64,000 nt of DNA. Origin: Acidiferrobacterales bacterium. Its GTDB lineage: Bacteria; Pseudomonadota; Gammaproteobacteria; Acidiferrobacterales; SZUA-150. Made by a program: the position numbers and the translations under genes. The stretch covers positions 3,984 to 67,983 of the forward strand of contig CAMYII010000116.1 in assembly GCA_947258385.1 (NCBI GenBank), in the 5' to 3' direction. Positions 39,344-48,597 of this stretch are shown in pieces. How positions within the stretch are numbered: position 1 is the first letter of the stretch; every line of letters starts with the position of its first letter. Under the pieces are notes generated by a model. The model was not told the origin of the DNA and did no database searches. It was given only the letters and a program-made list of their open reading frames with translations.

Positions 39344-39799
39344 ACCGGTCTCCGCCTTCTCAAATCTGTGCCCAAACCGCTGTTCACCAGAAGTGAGCAC
39401 ATTGAGCCAGACAATACCTGACTAGATTACTTGGTTATTTGTACAATACCTTATCAAAACAGTCAAGTTTATTAACCCCCTGATGTTGTGGGAAAAAGCA
39501 AAACCCGGCGCTGCGGCCCACAGGATCGCCAACGCTCGCGCGGGCGGGGGAGCCCTCGCTGCTGCCGCGCCGCCGGGCGTTCGCGACGGATCCACTATCC
39601 CGCCCAAGCCCTGGCGAGGGCCTGTCGCTTACGGCTGTCGCATCCGCACCCCGCGATCGAGCCGAAGCCTCACTTCCGGCTGCCCTGCGTTATCCCCGCC
39701 CGCTGGGGATACCCGCAATCCACAAATGCACCCAATCCATTTATGATGTTGCTTGGGCAGATGTGCGAAGCCCATTGGCGATCCCGGCATTGAAATAAC

Positions 39800-41254
39800 G
39801 TGGAAACAGTAATCGTCTGGTTCCGAAACGACCTGCGACTGGCGGACAATCCGGCACTGCACGCCGCGGTCGCCGGCGGGGCCCGCGTGGTGCCGGTCTA
39901 TATCCACGCGCCGGAAGAGGCCGCCCCCTGGCCCGCCGGGGCCGCCAGCCGCTGGTGGCTGCATCACAGTCTCGCGTCTTTGAATGCCTCGCTCCAGACG
40001 CTGGGCGGTGGGCTGATCCTACGCCGCGGGCCGAGTGTGGACACATTGCGGGAACTGGCCGCGGCCTGCGGCGCCCGGCAGATCTACTGCAACCGCTGTT
40101 ACGAACCCGCGTTGCGCAGCCGCGACCAGGCGCTGCAATCAGCCCTGGCGGACGAGGGCATCGAGTGTCTCTTCTCCAACGGCAGCCTGCTGCACGAACC
40201 CTGGAAGCTGAAAACCAAATCGGGCAACCCCTACCGGGTATTCACGCCGTTCTGGCGGGCCTGCCAGCAGCAACGCACGGGGGCGATGCCAGTGCCAGCG
40301 CCGGAAACCCTGGCACCCTTACCCCCGGCGCTCGTGTCTTTGTCGTTGGCGGAACTGGATCTATTGCCCAGCATCGCCTGGGACCCGGGACTGCACGAGA
40401 CCTGGCGCGCGGGCGAGGCGGCGGCACAGGCACGGCTGCGGGCGTTCGCTGAGACCACGCTGGCCCACTATCCCGAATGGCGGGACCTGCCGGACAAGAC
40501 AGGCAGCTCACGGCTGTCGCCGCACCTGCATTTTGGCGAGCTCAGCCCGCGGCAGGCCGCCTTGACCCTGCAACAGCACGCCCAGGCCGAGCCGGCGCCC
40601 AACCTGATCAGGGGTACGGAGGCGCTGGTGCGTGAGCTCGGCTGGCGCGAGTTCGCCTACCACGTGCTCTATCACTACCCGCACACCACCGACGAACCGC
40701 TGGACGCACGTTTCGCAAAATTTCCCTGGCGCGAAGACGCCGATTCATGGCGGCGCGCCTGGCGACGCGGCCGCACCGGCTATCCCATCGTTGACGCCGG
40801 CATGCGGGAGCTGTGGCACACGGGCTGGATGCACAACCGCGTGCGCATGATCGTCGCCTCTTTCCTGACCAAAAACTGCCGTATCGCCTGGCAGCAGGGC
40901 GCGCGCTGGTTCTGGGACACCCTGGTCGACGCCGATCTCGCCAACAACAGCCTCAACTGGCAGTGGGTCACGGGCTGCGGGGCGGACGCCGCGCCCTACT
41001 TTCGCATTTTCAATCCCGTGACCCAGAGCCGGAAGTTCGACCCGCAGGGGGGCTATTTGCGGCGCTGGCTGCCGGAGCTGGCACCGCTGCCGGCGCCTTG
41101 GCTGCACGAGCCATGGACCACGCCGCCGGCCGTGCAGCGGGCCTTGGGCCTTGAGATCGGCGTGGATTATCCACTGCCGATCCTGGACCTGAAGCAGACC
41201 CGCGAGCAGGCACTGGCCGTCTTCCGCTCGCGCGTGCGCCGCGCCGGTTCGTAA
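39800..41254 (+). CDS. phrB: deoxyribodipyrimidine (CPD) photolyase
   Basis: ..VWFRNDLRLADNPAL.., ..WREFAYH.., ..TGYPIVDAGMRELWHTGWMHNRVRMIVASFL.. and ..DADLANNSLNWQW... It has a GTG start. Confidence 0.9.
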   Translation: METVIVWFRNDLRLADNPALHAAVAGGARVVPVYIHAPEEAAPWPAGAASRWWLHHSLASLNASLQTLGGGLILRRGPSVDTLRELAAACGARQIYCNRCYEPALRSRDQALQSALADEGIECLFSNGSLLHEPWKLKTKSGNPYRVFTPFWRACQQQRTGAMPVPAPETLAPLPPALVSLSLAELDLLPSIAWDPGLHETWRAGEAAAQARLRAFAETTLAHYPEWRDLPDKTGSSRLSPHLHFGELSPRQAALTLQQHAQAEPAPNLIRGTEALVRELGWREFAYHVLYHYPHTTDEPLDARFAKFPWREDADSWRRAWRRGRTGYPIVDAGMRELWHTGWMHNRVRMIVASFLTKNCRIAWQQGARWFWDTLVDADLANNSLNWQWVTGCGADAAPYFRIFNPVTQSRKFDPQGGYLRRWLPELAPLPAPWLHEPWTTPPAVQRALGLEIGVDYPLPILDLKQTREQALAVFRSRVRRAGS

Positions 41255-41401
41255 TAACGGGCTGAGACCGGAATGCCGAAGTGGCGTACGCCGGATGAAA
41301 CCGCTACGCTGGCGCCATGCCGACCTACCGATGTTTCAGCATCCTGCGAGCAGCGCAGCGCTTGATTGCTGAAATGTTGATTAACGAATGATTACCGCGA
41401 G

Positions 41402-42411
41402 GTGAATGCCATGCAGGCCGTTGTCATGACGGCCCCAGGGGGTCCCGGAGTCCTGCAAACGCAAGCGGTCGCTGACCCGGTGATCCAACGCGACACCGAG
41501 GTGCTGGTGCGCCTGAAGGCCGCCGGCGTCAATCCCATCGACACCAAGATCCGCAGCAAGGCGAGCGCCTTCCCGGTGCGCCTGCCGGCGGCGGTCCTGG
41601 GCTGCGACGGGGCCGGGGTGGTCGAGGCCGAGGGCGGCGGGGTCCGGGATTTCAAGGTCGGCGACGAGGTCTATTTTGCCGCTGCGGCTTCGGCGCCTGT
41701 CCGGGCAACTATGCGCAGTACGCGGCGGTCGATCAGCGGCTGGTCGCCATGACGCCCGCATCCTTGAGTTTCGCCGAAGCGGCGGCCGCCCCGCTGGCCC
41801 TGATCACGGCCTGGGAATCGCTGTTTGATCGCGCCCGGCTCGAGCCGGGCCAGCAGGTCCTGATCCACGGCGGCGCCGGCGGCGTGGGCCATCTGGCGAT
41901 ACAACTGGCGAAACATGCAGGCGCGCGGCTCTGCACGACCGTGGGCTCGGAAGACAAGGCGGCCTTCGCGGAACAACTCGGGGCGGAAGAGCCGATTTTG
42001 TATAAAGACGAGAACTTCGTGCTGGCCATCCTGGCCTGGACCGACGAGCAGGGCGTGGATGTTGCGCTGGGTACCGTGGGCGGGGAGACCTTCGAGCACA
42101 GCTTCACCGCGGTGCGCTGCTACGGCGATCTGGTCACCTTGCTACAGCCCGCCGCCAACACCAACTGGATGGTCGCGCGGCAACGCAATCTGCGTATCAG
42201 CCTGGAGCTCATGCTGACCCCGATCTACCTCGGCATGGAAGACGCCCAGCGGCATCAGGGGGAGATACTGCGCCGATGCGCCGGCCTGTTCGACAACGGC
42301 GAGCTGCGGGTGCATGTGGCGCAAAGCTTTCCGCTGGCCGAGGCCGCCGCCGCGCACCGTGTGCTGGAATCGGGATCAATGAGCAGCAAGCTCGCGCTGG
42401 TCATCGATTGA
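41402..42411 (+). pseudogene. NADPH:quinone oxidoreductase / zeta-crystallin-type MDR, frame broken near 41678-41685
   Basis: ORF 41402..41752 carries the GroES-like domain up to ..VGDEVYF and then goes out of frame. The frame of ORF 41749..42411 is open upstream and reads CGFGACPGNYAQYAAVDQRLVAMTPASL.. then the Rossmann block VLIHGGAGGVGH. A 1-nt indel restores one ~335-aa protein. Confidence 0.65.
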
Positions 42412-42445
42412 TTAAGCGGCCAACCCGAACAGCGCACGGAGTCGG

Positions 42446-43420
42446 CTAGATGGCGTTGCGCAGCATCAAGGCCTGGGGATGGGGGTCGAAATAGTGCTGC
42501 CCACCGAGATACCGGTCTGGCAGCCGCCGCAAATAATGCTTGAGTAACGTCATCGGAACGACCAGGGGAATCCGGCCGGCACGATAGGCCTCGATCAGCG
42601 CCAGCAGTTCCGCCTTGTCGCCGGCATCGAGCCGTTGTTTTAAATATCCGGCCAGGTGCAGCAACACATTGCTGTGGCGCTTGCGGGTGGCGCGCCGTCG
42701 CAGTGCCTGCATCAGTTGCGTGAGATACCTCGCGGCAAGCGTATTCAGATCTTCCGTTCCCGCCTTGGCCACCAGCCGGCCGAGCTGGCGATAACGACGC
42801 TCGTCGTGAGCCAGGATGATGAATTTGTGGTTCGTATGAAACCCCACCAGCTTTGCCGCCGTGAGGCCTGATGCCGCCAGCGACTGCCAGCGGTGGTAGA
42901 CGAACACCCGCTGGATGAAATTCTCCCGCAGCACCGGGTCCATCAAACGCCCCTCCTCTTCAACGGGCAACGCCGGCAATTGCTCCATGATTTCACGCGC
43001 ATAGACCCCCACGCCGTGACGGGGCGGACCGCCGTGCCCTGAATACACCTTTACCCGTTCCATGCCGCAACTCGGCGAGCCGCGTTTCAGGATATAGCCG
43101 CTGAGATCATGCAGCTCTGCGGCCTTTGTCCGTCCGTAGTCTTGCAGGGCCGCGGTGACATCCAGTGTAGGGTCTTTGGTGCCCACCACGCGCGGCCGCC
43201 GGGCGTCACCCACGAGCCGCACCGGCTGCCGTGGGGTGCCCAGGCCGATGGCCACCTCGGGACACACGGGAACGAATTCAAAGTGCCTGCCCAGGGTGTC
43301 GATGACATAGTTATTGCGCTTGTGGCCGCCGTCAAAGCGTACCGCCTGCCCCAGCAGACAGCTGCTGATGCCGATACGAATCGCCGGACCCCTCTCATGC
43401 CTTGGTACATCCATCGCCAC
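42446..43420 (-). CDS. DUF523 (TudS-like) plus DUF1722 (YbgA-like) fusion protein
   Basis: The N-terminal ..IGISSCLLGQAVRFDGGHK..VPVCPEV.. is DUF523-type. The C-terminal half resembles E. coli YbgA, the gene that precedes phr in E. coli. Confidence 0.8.
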   Translation of the reverse strand: MAMDVPRHERGPAIRIGISSCLLGQAVRFDGGHKRNNYVIDTLGRHFEFVPVCPEVAIGLGTPRQPVRLVGDARRPRVVGTKDPTLDVTAALQDYGRTKAAELHDLSGYILKRGSPSCGMERVKVYSGHGGPPRHGVGVYAREIMEQLPALPVEEEGRLMDPVLRENFIQRVFVYHRWQSLAASGLTAAKLVGFHTNHKFIILAHDERRYRQLGRLVAKAGTEDLNTLAARYLTQLMQALRRRATRKRHSNVLLHLAGYLKQRLDAGDKAELLALIEAYRAGRIPLVVPMTLLKHYLRRLPDRYLGGQHYFDPHPQALMLRNAI

Positions 43421-43470
43421 ACCCTCGCGCTCGATCTTGTTGCCGCAGGCTCAACTCGTCACTAACAATT

Positions 43471-43503
43471 TACTTATACAAAACTTATACGAAATATGCA
43501 AGT
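43471..43503. promoter_or_regulatory. three tandem 11-bp direct repeats overlapping a candidate promoter of the ybgA-like gene
   Basis: The repeats are TACTTATACAA / AACTTATACGA / AATATGCAAGT. On the minus strand TTGCAT-17 nt-TATAAG falls inside them. More CTTATAC-type copies lie at 43502-43508 (inverted) and 43515-43521. Confidence 0.35.
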
Positions 43504-43603
43504 ATAAGAAAACCATTATACGTTAAACAGTTACGATAAATTAATATTGTGCCAATCTGATATAACGTGTCGCCTGGCCAGGCGGTCCGCACACACCCAC
43601 GGG

Positions 43604-44203
43604 TCACATCTCAAGGCCCTTTTTCATCAGCCTGTCGATAAGATCGCGCCGCTGCAGTTGTTCGCTGTCGCCACCGCGAAAAATCAGTGCGCCGGAGGAA
43701 TAGCTCGTGCCATAGCTTGCCGCCAGGTTCATGACCTGCCCAAGACCGGAGAGGAACTCCTTATCGGTCAAGACGCTCAGCGGATGAATGAACGCGCTCC
43801 ACAGCACGTCCTTGGCAATGGCATAGCGGGCGTCCAACGCGGAATCAAAATTCGACTGCATGAGTCGGTACAGGGCCTTACGGCCCAACTCACCGGCCTC
43901 GGCCACAGGGAGGATAATGCGCATGCGGTCGGCGCGCTCGTCGGTGATAACCGAGACGCGCTGACCGTCGAGATCGATTTTCCAGAATCCCGGCTCCCCA
44001 ACAGCGTGCTCGTCCAGGCGATGGATCAGGCGATCCAGCCGGGCATTGGTCATGGGTTCGGTTGTGGCGCCGGATCGCCGCGGTGGCGTCTTGCCCTCGG
44101 CGCTGTCCGGGCTGTCGGCGCCCAGCACCCCGGCGCATGACAAAAAGCCTACTACCGTGAGTCCGATTCGTACCGGCCGAAACAGCTCTGAGGGCACGTT
44201 CAT
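43604..44203 (-). CDS. putative lipoprotein, YbjN/T3SS-chaperone-like fold (tentative)
   Basis: Lipobox VGFLSCAG. The remainder resembles YbjN-type sensory-transduction-regulator-like proteins only loosely. Confidence 0.5.
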   Translation of the reverse strand: MNVPSELFRPVRIGLTVVGFLSCAGVLGADSPDSAEGKTPPRRSGATTEPMTNARLDRLIHRLDEHAVGEPGFWKIDLDGQRVSVITDERADRMRIILPVAEAGELGRKALYRLMQSNFDSALDARYAIAKDVLWSAFIHPLSVLTDKEFLSGLGQVMNLAASYGTSYSSGALIFRGGDSEQLQRRDLIDRLMKKGLEM

Positions 44204-44279
44204 GGCTTTGACTCCTTATCTATCCGCTCTGCGAATTCAGCCGGGCCCAACGGCGCATAGTGCTAGCCCCAATGTTGCA

Positions 44280-46667
44280 TCATTCTGTGGGCGCGCTGTC
44301 ATCCTCACCGGTGGGCTCCGGGGGAAGGCGACCGGACGCCGGCCAGTCGCGGATGTGCAGGTCGCGCTGCGGGAACGGGATCTCGATACCGTCACGGCGG
44401 AAGGCCGCGTCGATGGCAAAGTTGAGATCGCTGATGACCTGCAGGCGCTGATCGATATTCCGGATGTGGCAGCGCAGCTCGAAGTTCAATGAGCTGTCGC
44501 CAAAGGCCAGGAACAGTGCAGTGGGTTCCGGGGCACTGGCATCGTTGACCACCAGCGGGTGTTCCGCCGCGACCGCCAACAGCACCTGCCTGACTTTCTC
44601 GGTGTCGCTGCCGTAGGCCACGCCGATGGGTACGCGCACGCGCCCGCCGGGATCATAGAGCATCCAGTTGGTCACCTGGGCCGAGATCAGCTCGGAGTTG
44701 GGCACGATCACATCGGCCCGGTCAAAGGTCTGGATCTGGGTGGCACGGATGCGGATGCGCTTGACATAGCCCTCGGTGGTCCCCGTCACGATCCAGTCCC
44801 CGGTCTTGATCGGTCGTTCGAACAGCAATATGAGGCCGGAGATGAAGTTATTGACGATGTTCTGCAAGCCAAAACCGATACCGACGGACAATGCGCCGGC
44901 GATGAGCGCCAGCTTGCCGAACTCCAGTCCGGCGACGGCGAGGCCCACAATGACTGCGATGGCGATCCCGGTGTAACCGCTCATGGTCACCATCGCCTCG
45001 CGCGCGCCACGATCCATGCGCGTCTTGGTCAACCACTTGCGTTCGAGCTTGGCGCGAAACCAGCCACTGACCGCCAATAAAACGGTAATGCTCACCACCG
45101 CCAGCAGGATGCGCGTCGGGAGAATGCGCAGCGAACCAATGGTGAAACCTTCCACCACGTATTCACGCATCTCCTGCAAGGCGGCCGCCGACAACCCCCA
45201 GACGCGCAGCACCGCCAGGGCAAAGACCACCCAGAGCGCGAGGAAGGTGATCACGCGCAGCCAACCCAAGCCGGGCACGTGATCACCGGGTTTCAAGCCC
45301 ATGAAACGCCGCAAACGCCGCTGCCATAAATACCGCCCAAGCTGCAGGCCGTCGAACATTTCCCGCAGGAGCCGGCCGACGAGCAGCGCCAACCCGAGCA
45401 CGAACAGCGTGCCGAGCACGGTGCGCAGCACCGCAAGCGAGAGATTACGGTAGCCCAGCCACTCGGCTACGACCGTGCTGAATAACAGCGTGTGGACACC
45501 GACGCGCAATATCAGTGTCTTGGCAAAACGCGGGAGACGTCCGAGCAGCCACACCGCCCACATCAGATTAAGGACAAAGACGGCGAAAAACACCGCCCTC
45601 GTCAGGAGAAAGGCGGGCTCGGGCAGGCGCTGCGCCAACAGCGTGGTAAACAGCAGAAACCCAAGGAACACCAGCAGCGCGAGCACCTTCAGGCGCTGCG
45701 CCAGTGCCCTGGCGATCGCCTCGGGCAGGGCAAAAAGCGCGCCCCCGGGGGCATAGGGCACCAGCAGCAGGTGGATCACGGCAACGGAGACGAAGTACAC
45801 TGGCAGGCCGTAGGCCACCACGCTGATAAACGGAATGGACTCAGTGTCGTGGGTTACGTAAAAGGAAAACAAAGCGGCCGCCAGGCTGACCAGCAGGTGG
45901 GGGGCGTAACGGGCGAGGCTTGCGGTCAGGCTGCGGCTAAACCGGCTGGAAAAATCCGCTCGCCAGCGGTGTGTCTCCGTCCACGCGGACAGTTCTCGGC
46001 GCATGAGCACGCCGCCGATCAGTGCCGCCAGCAACAGCAGCGTCAATACGGCCCGCTCGCCCAGGGACAACTGCTTGAGCTCGCGCTGTTCCAGCAAGAA
46101 AGACTTGGTGGAGGTCACCCAGATGGCCGGCTGTTCCCAATTGTCCTGGAGCAGCTCGAAGAATGTCGGCCCGCGGACCGTTAAGCGCCGGGCCAGCAGT
46201 TGTTTCTGTAACGCGGCAAGGGCCGTGAGGGCCTCGTCACTGCGCAGCACCAGCAGACGGCAGGTCGCCAGCCGTTTCTCGACGCCCGCCTTTTCTTCCT
46301 GCACCGCGGCCCGTTTGCGCGTGACCTCGATGGGCTCGCCCCGGGCGACCTCGCCCAGCTTGGAAAGATCCTGATTGAGCTTTCCGAGCGCCTCCTCGGT
46401 CCGGGTCAGGCAGGTGTTGGCGCGGCCCTTGGCAGCATTGACCTGCTTGACCCATCTCTCGAGGGTGCGTTGTCTCTCGGTGCCGCGCTTGATGCCCTGC
46501 TCAACCGTGTCAAGATCGCGCGCGGCGGCGTCCAGTTCCTCCGCCGCGGTCTGCGCCCACGCCCCGGGACCACCGACCAGGCCGATCCAAAAAACAATAA
46601 TACGGGCAAGCCACATCTTGCGTGCCAGCATCGAAAGTGAACCGGGTTGTGCCGTCGTGAAAGCCAT
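44280..46667 (-). CDS. large MscS-family mechanosensitive channel (MscK/YbiO-like)
   Basis: A signal peptide and periplasmic coiled coil, about 11 TM helices, and a C-terminal MscS core (..LLFERPIKTGDWIVTG..GYVKRIRIRATQIQTFDRADVIVPNSELIS..). Confidence 0.85.
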   Translation of the reverse strand: MAFTTAQPGSLSMLARKMWLARIIVFWIGLVGGPGAWAQTAAEELDAAARDLDTVEQGIKRGTERQRTLERWVKQVNAAKGRANTCLTRTEEALGKLNQDLSKLGEVARGEPIEVTRKRAAVQEEKAGVEKRLATCRLLVLRSDEALTALAALQKQLLARRLTVRGPTFFELLQDNWEQPAIWVTSTKSFLLEQRELKQLSLGERAVLTLLLLAALIGGVLMRRELSAWTETHRWRADFSSRFSRSLTASLARYAPHLLVSLAAALFSFYVTHDTESIPFISVVAYGLPVYFVSVAVIHLLLVPYAPGGALFALPEAIARALAQRLKVLALLVFLGFLLFTTLLAQRLPEPAFLLTRAVFFAVFVLNLMWAVWLLGRLPRFAKTLILRVGVHTLLFSTVVAEWLGYRNLSLAVLRTVLGTLFVLGLALLVGRLLREMFDGLQLGRYLWQRRLRRFMGLKPGDHVPGLGWLRVITFLALWVVFALAVLRVWGLSAAALQEMREYVVEGFTIGSLRILPTRILLAVVSITVLLAVSGWFRAKLERKWLTKTRMDRGAREAMVTMSGYTGIAIAVIVGLAVAGLEFGKLALIAGALSVGIGFGLQNIVNNFISGLILLFERPIKTGDWIVTGTTEGYVKRIRIRATQIQTFDRADVIVPNSELISAQVTNWMLYDPGGRVRVPIGVAYGSDTEKVRQVLLAVAAEHPLVVNDASAPEPTALFLAFGDSSLNFELRCHIRNIDQRLQVISDLNFAIDAAFRRDGIEIPFPQRDLHIRDWPASGRLPPEPTGEDDSAPTE

Positions 46668-47177
46668 AATGTGTGGTTGCAGGCGGTTGTTATTAGCGAT
46701 TGACAGGCAGCGGGGCCAGGGTTACGCAACGTTAAACGTAGGTTAATGGAAATGGCTCCATGACCACAAGGGATTTGACTAGGACCTGTCTCAAAATCAA
46801 AAATGTTCAGCAAGCCTTCACGCCCTGGAAGCAACGCAAAGCACGCCAAGGCGCGAAGGACGCAGAGAAGACTTCAGAATATAAAGCGTTGTTGCTTTCT
46901 TCTCGTACTGTGCGTCTCCGCGAACCCTGCCTTGGTCCCACAGCGCCAGGGGGCGGAAGATATTCTGAAATTCGATCCTGCCCGCAGGCCATCCCGGCAC
47001 CGTCCGGCGGCTGCGAGCCACTACCCCACGGCTGACGGGCACTCACGTCTTACGTCCAGCGGCTCGCCCGCAAATTCCGGCGGTCACGTATCACGATACC
47101 GGGGGCGCGGCCGGCGACGGCACCGGATTGCACACAGCTTCCCCGGTTTTACACCCCGATTTGGCAACAGATAATAC

Positions 47178-47206
47178 TTGACTATTTTAGTCAGTTTTTA
47201 TATCTT
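47178..47206 (+). promoter_or_regulatory. candidate sigma-70 promoter with an overlapping inverted repeat
   Basis: TTGACT (47178-47183), a 17-nt spacer, then TATCTT (47201-47206). The inverted repeat TGACTA-TTT-TAGTCA (47179-47193) overlaps the -35. Confidence 0.35.
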
Positions 47207-47252
47207 GATCTTGTTCGATACATGAAATTGTCAGCCCCAGGAGGAGACAGCC

Positions 47253-47477
47253 ATGTTCAACATCATCTGCACAACCGATCCCATTAGCGGCAAGGACCTG
47301 AAAGACATATCGAAACTGCCTCATGTGATAGAAGGCAGCGGCAACGGCAATCTCACCATCTATTTCGAGTCTGAGGCGACACGCAAGGCCTATCTCGATA
47401 TCCCGGTACAACGGCCCGCGACTGAACACCGGCTGAATCTCGACAACCCCACTGAGGTCTTCATCGACGAAGGCTGA
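47253..47477 (+). CDS. hypothetical 74-aa protein
   Basis: AGGAGGAG SD before the ATG. GC is lower than in neighbouring genes. No family was recognised. Confidence 0.5.
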   Translation: MFNIICTTDPISGKDLKDISKLPHVIEGSGNGNLTIYFESEATRKAYLDIPVQRPATEHRLNLDNPTEVFIDEG

Positions 47478-47588
47478 ATCGCTGAATGCCGGCCGCGGAC
47501 GGCGGTGCGTGGCATTTCAAACCAAGGCGCCACGCACCGCCCTTCCTGAGGCAGTTTGGTTATCTGGTTATTTGGAAGGAGGGCAATC

Positions 47589-48095
47589 ATGTTAAGACGC
47601 TTGTATTTCCTGTTCCCGGATGAGCACAGCACCCGGCGGGCGGTCGAGGACCTGGTACGGGCGGGCGTGAAGGAGAACTTCATGCACGCCGTTGGCCGGG
47701 AAGGCATCAAACTGGCTTCTCTACCGCCGGCGACGTTACGTCAGAGACGCGATACCTTGTGGCTCATAGAACGTATCCTCTGGAACAGCGACCTGGCTGT
47801 CTTCGGGATCGCGCTGATTGGCTTGATGCTCTCGCTGATCGGGGGCTTCTCGATCTGGTCGGTGGCGGCCATTGCGGTCATGTTTGCCACCGTCCTCGCC
47901 GGCGCGCTCTATACTAACTTCGTACCCAACACCCATCTGGATGAATTTCGCGGTGCGCTCGGACACGGAGAAGTCGTCCTGATGGTCGACGTGCCAAAGC
48001 GGCGCGTCCTGGAGATCGAAGACCTGGTTGAGCGTCGCCATCCGGGGGCCATCGCCAGCGGCACAGGCTGGACCATCGACGCCCTCGGCGTGTAG
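47589..48095 (+). CDS. hypothetical membrane protein (2-3 TM)
   Basis: GGAAGGAGGG SD before ATG 47589 (MLRRLYFLFPDEH..). It has a central hydrophobic pair of helices. Confidence 0.6.
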   Translation: MLRRLYFLFPDEHSTRRAVEDLVRAGVKENFMHAVGREGIKLASLPPATLRQRRDTLWLIERILWNSDLAVFGIALIGLMLSLIGGFSIWSVAAIAVMFATVLAGALYTNFVPNTHLDEFRGALGHGEVVLMVDVPKRRVLEIEDLVERRHPGAIASGTGWTIDALGV

Positions 48096-48105
48096 CAGGT
48101 TGCTG

Positions 48106-48130
48106 AAAAAGTCCTTCCATAGGACTTTTT
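48106..48130 (+). terminator. rho-independent terminator
   Basis: AAAAAGTCCT-TCCAT-AGGACTTTTT forms a perfect 10-bp stem ending in T5, 10 nt after the stop. Confidence 0.75.
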
Positions 48131-48132
48131 GC

Positions 48133-48327
48133 ATCCGTAGCTCCGCAGGCGGTACGTCCGTGTACCGCTGCTATAGCATCGATTTGCCGCGGCGCATGGG
48201 CTCGCCGCCTCCTTGCGGCTTGCCGCTTCGGGGCTGGCGCGCAAATTCCATCCTTAGGTCCGCATTCGGTACATCCATGTACCGCTTCTCGCCCCCGGCG
48301 GATTTGTGCTCACCGCCTCGATGCGGC
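48133..48327. repeat. two tandem copies of an ~80-90-bp intergenic repeat, each with an internal GGTAC..GTACC hairpin
   Basis: Copy A is 48133-48219 and copy B is 48250-48327. They share ATCCnTAGnTCCGCAnnCGGTACnTCCnTGTACCGCTnCT...GATTTG...CTCnCCGCCTC...GCGGC. Confidence 0.6.
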
Positions 48328-48597
48328 ACGTCCTGTGGCACCGGAGTTGGGCCGGTGTAACGTTCAGGACAGAGTGTGTGGCACGTCGTCACGCACCCCG
48401 TCGATCCCGGAATCATTGCCTTTTCGCGCGTTTTATCGCGGCGTGCAGGCGCGGCAAAGGCCACCATCGTACCCAAGCAGCCCAGGCTATCGCGGTAAAA
48501 TTTTGCCGCGGCCAGCGTGCCAAAGTCCGGATTCCACCTCCTGCCAGAGAAGTAGTGTACAATTTTTCCGGCAATTCGGCGGCTCTCAGGCACCTTA

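Noticed and set aside
39400-39480. An attempt to fit an IscR type-2 box (AxxxCCxxAxxxxxxxTAxGGxxxT) upstream of sufB.
   Set aside because: The best alignment around AATAACCAAGTAATCTAGTCAGG misses several key positions. A proper PWM scan would be needed before any claim.
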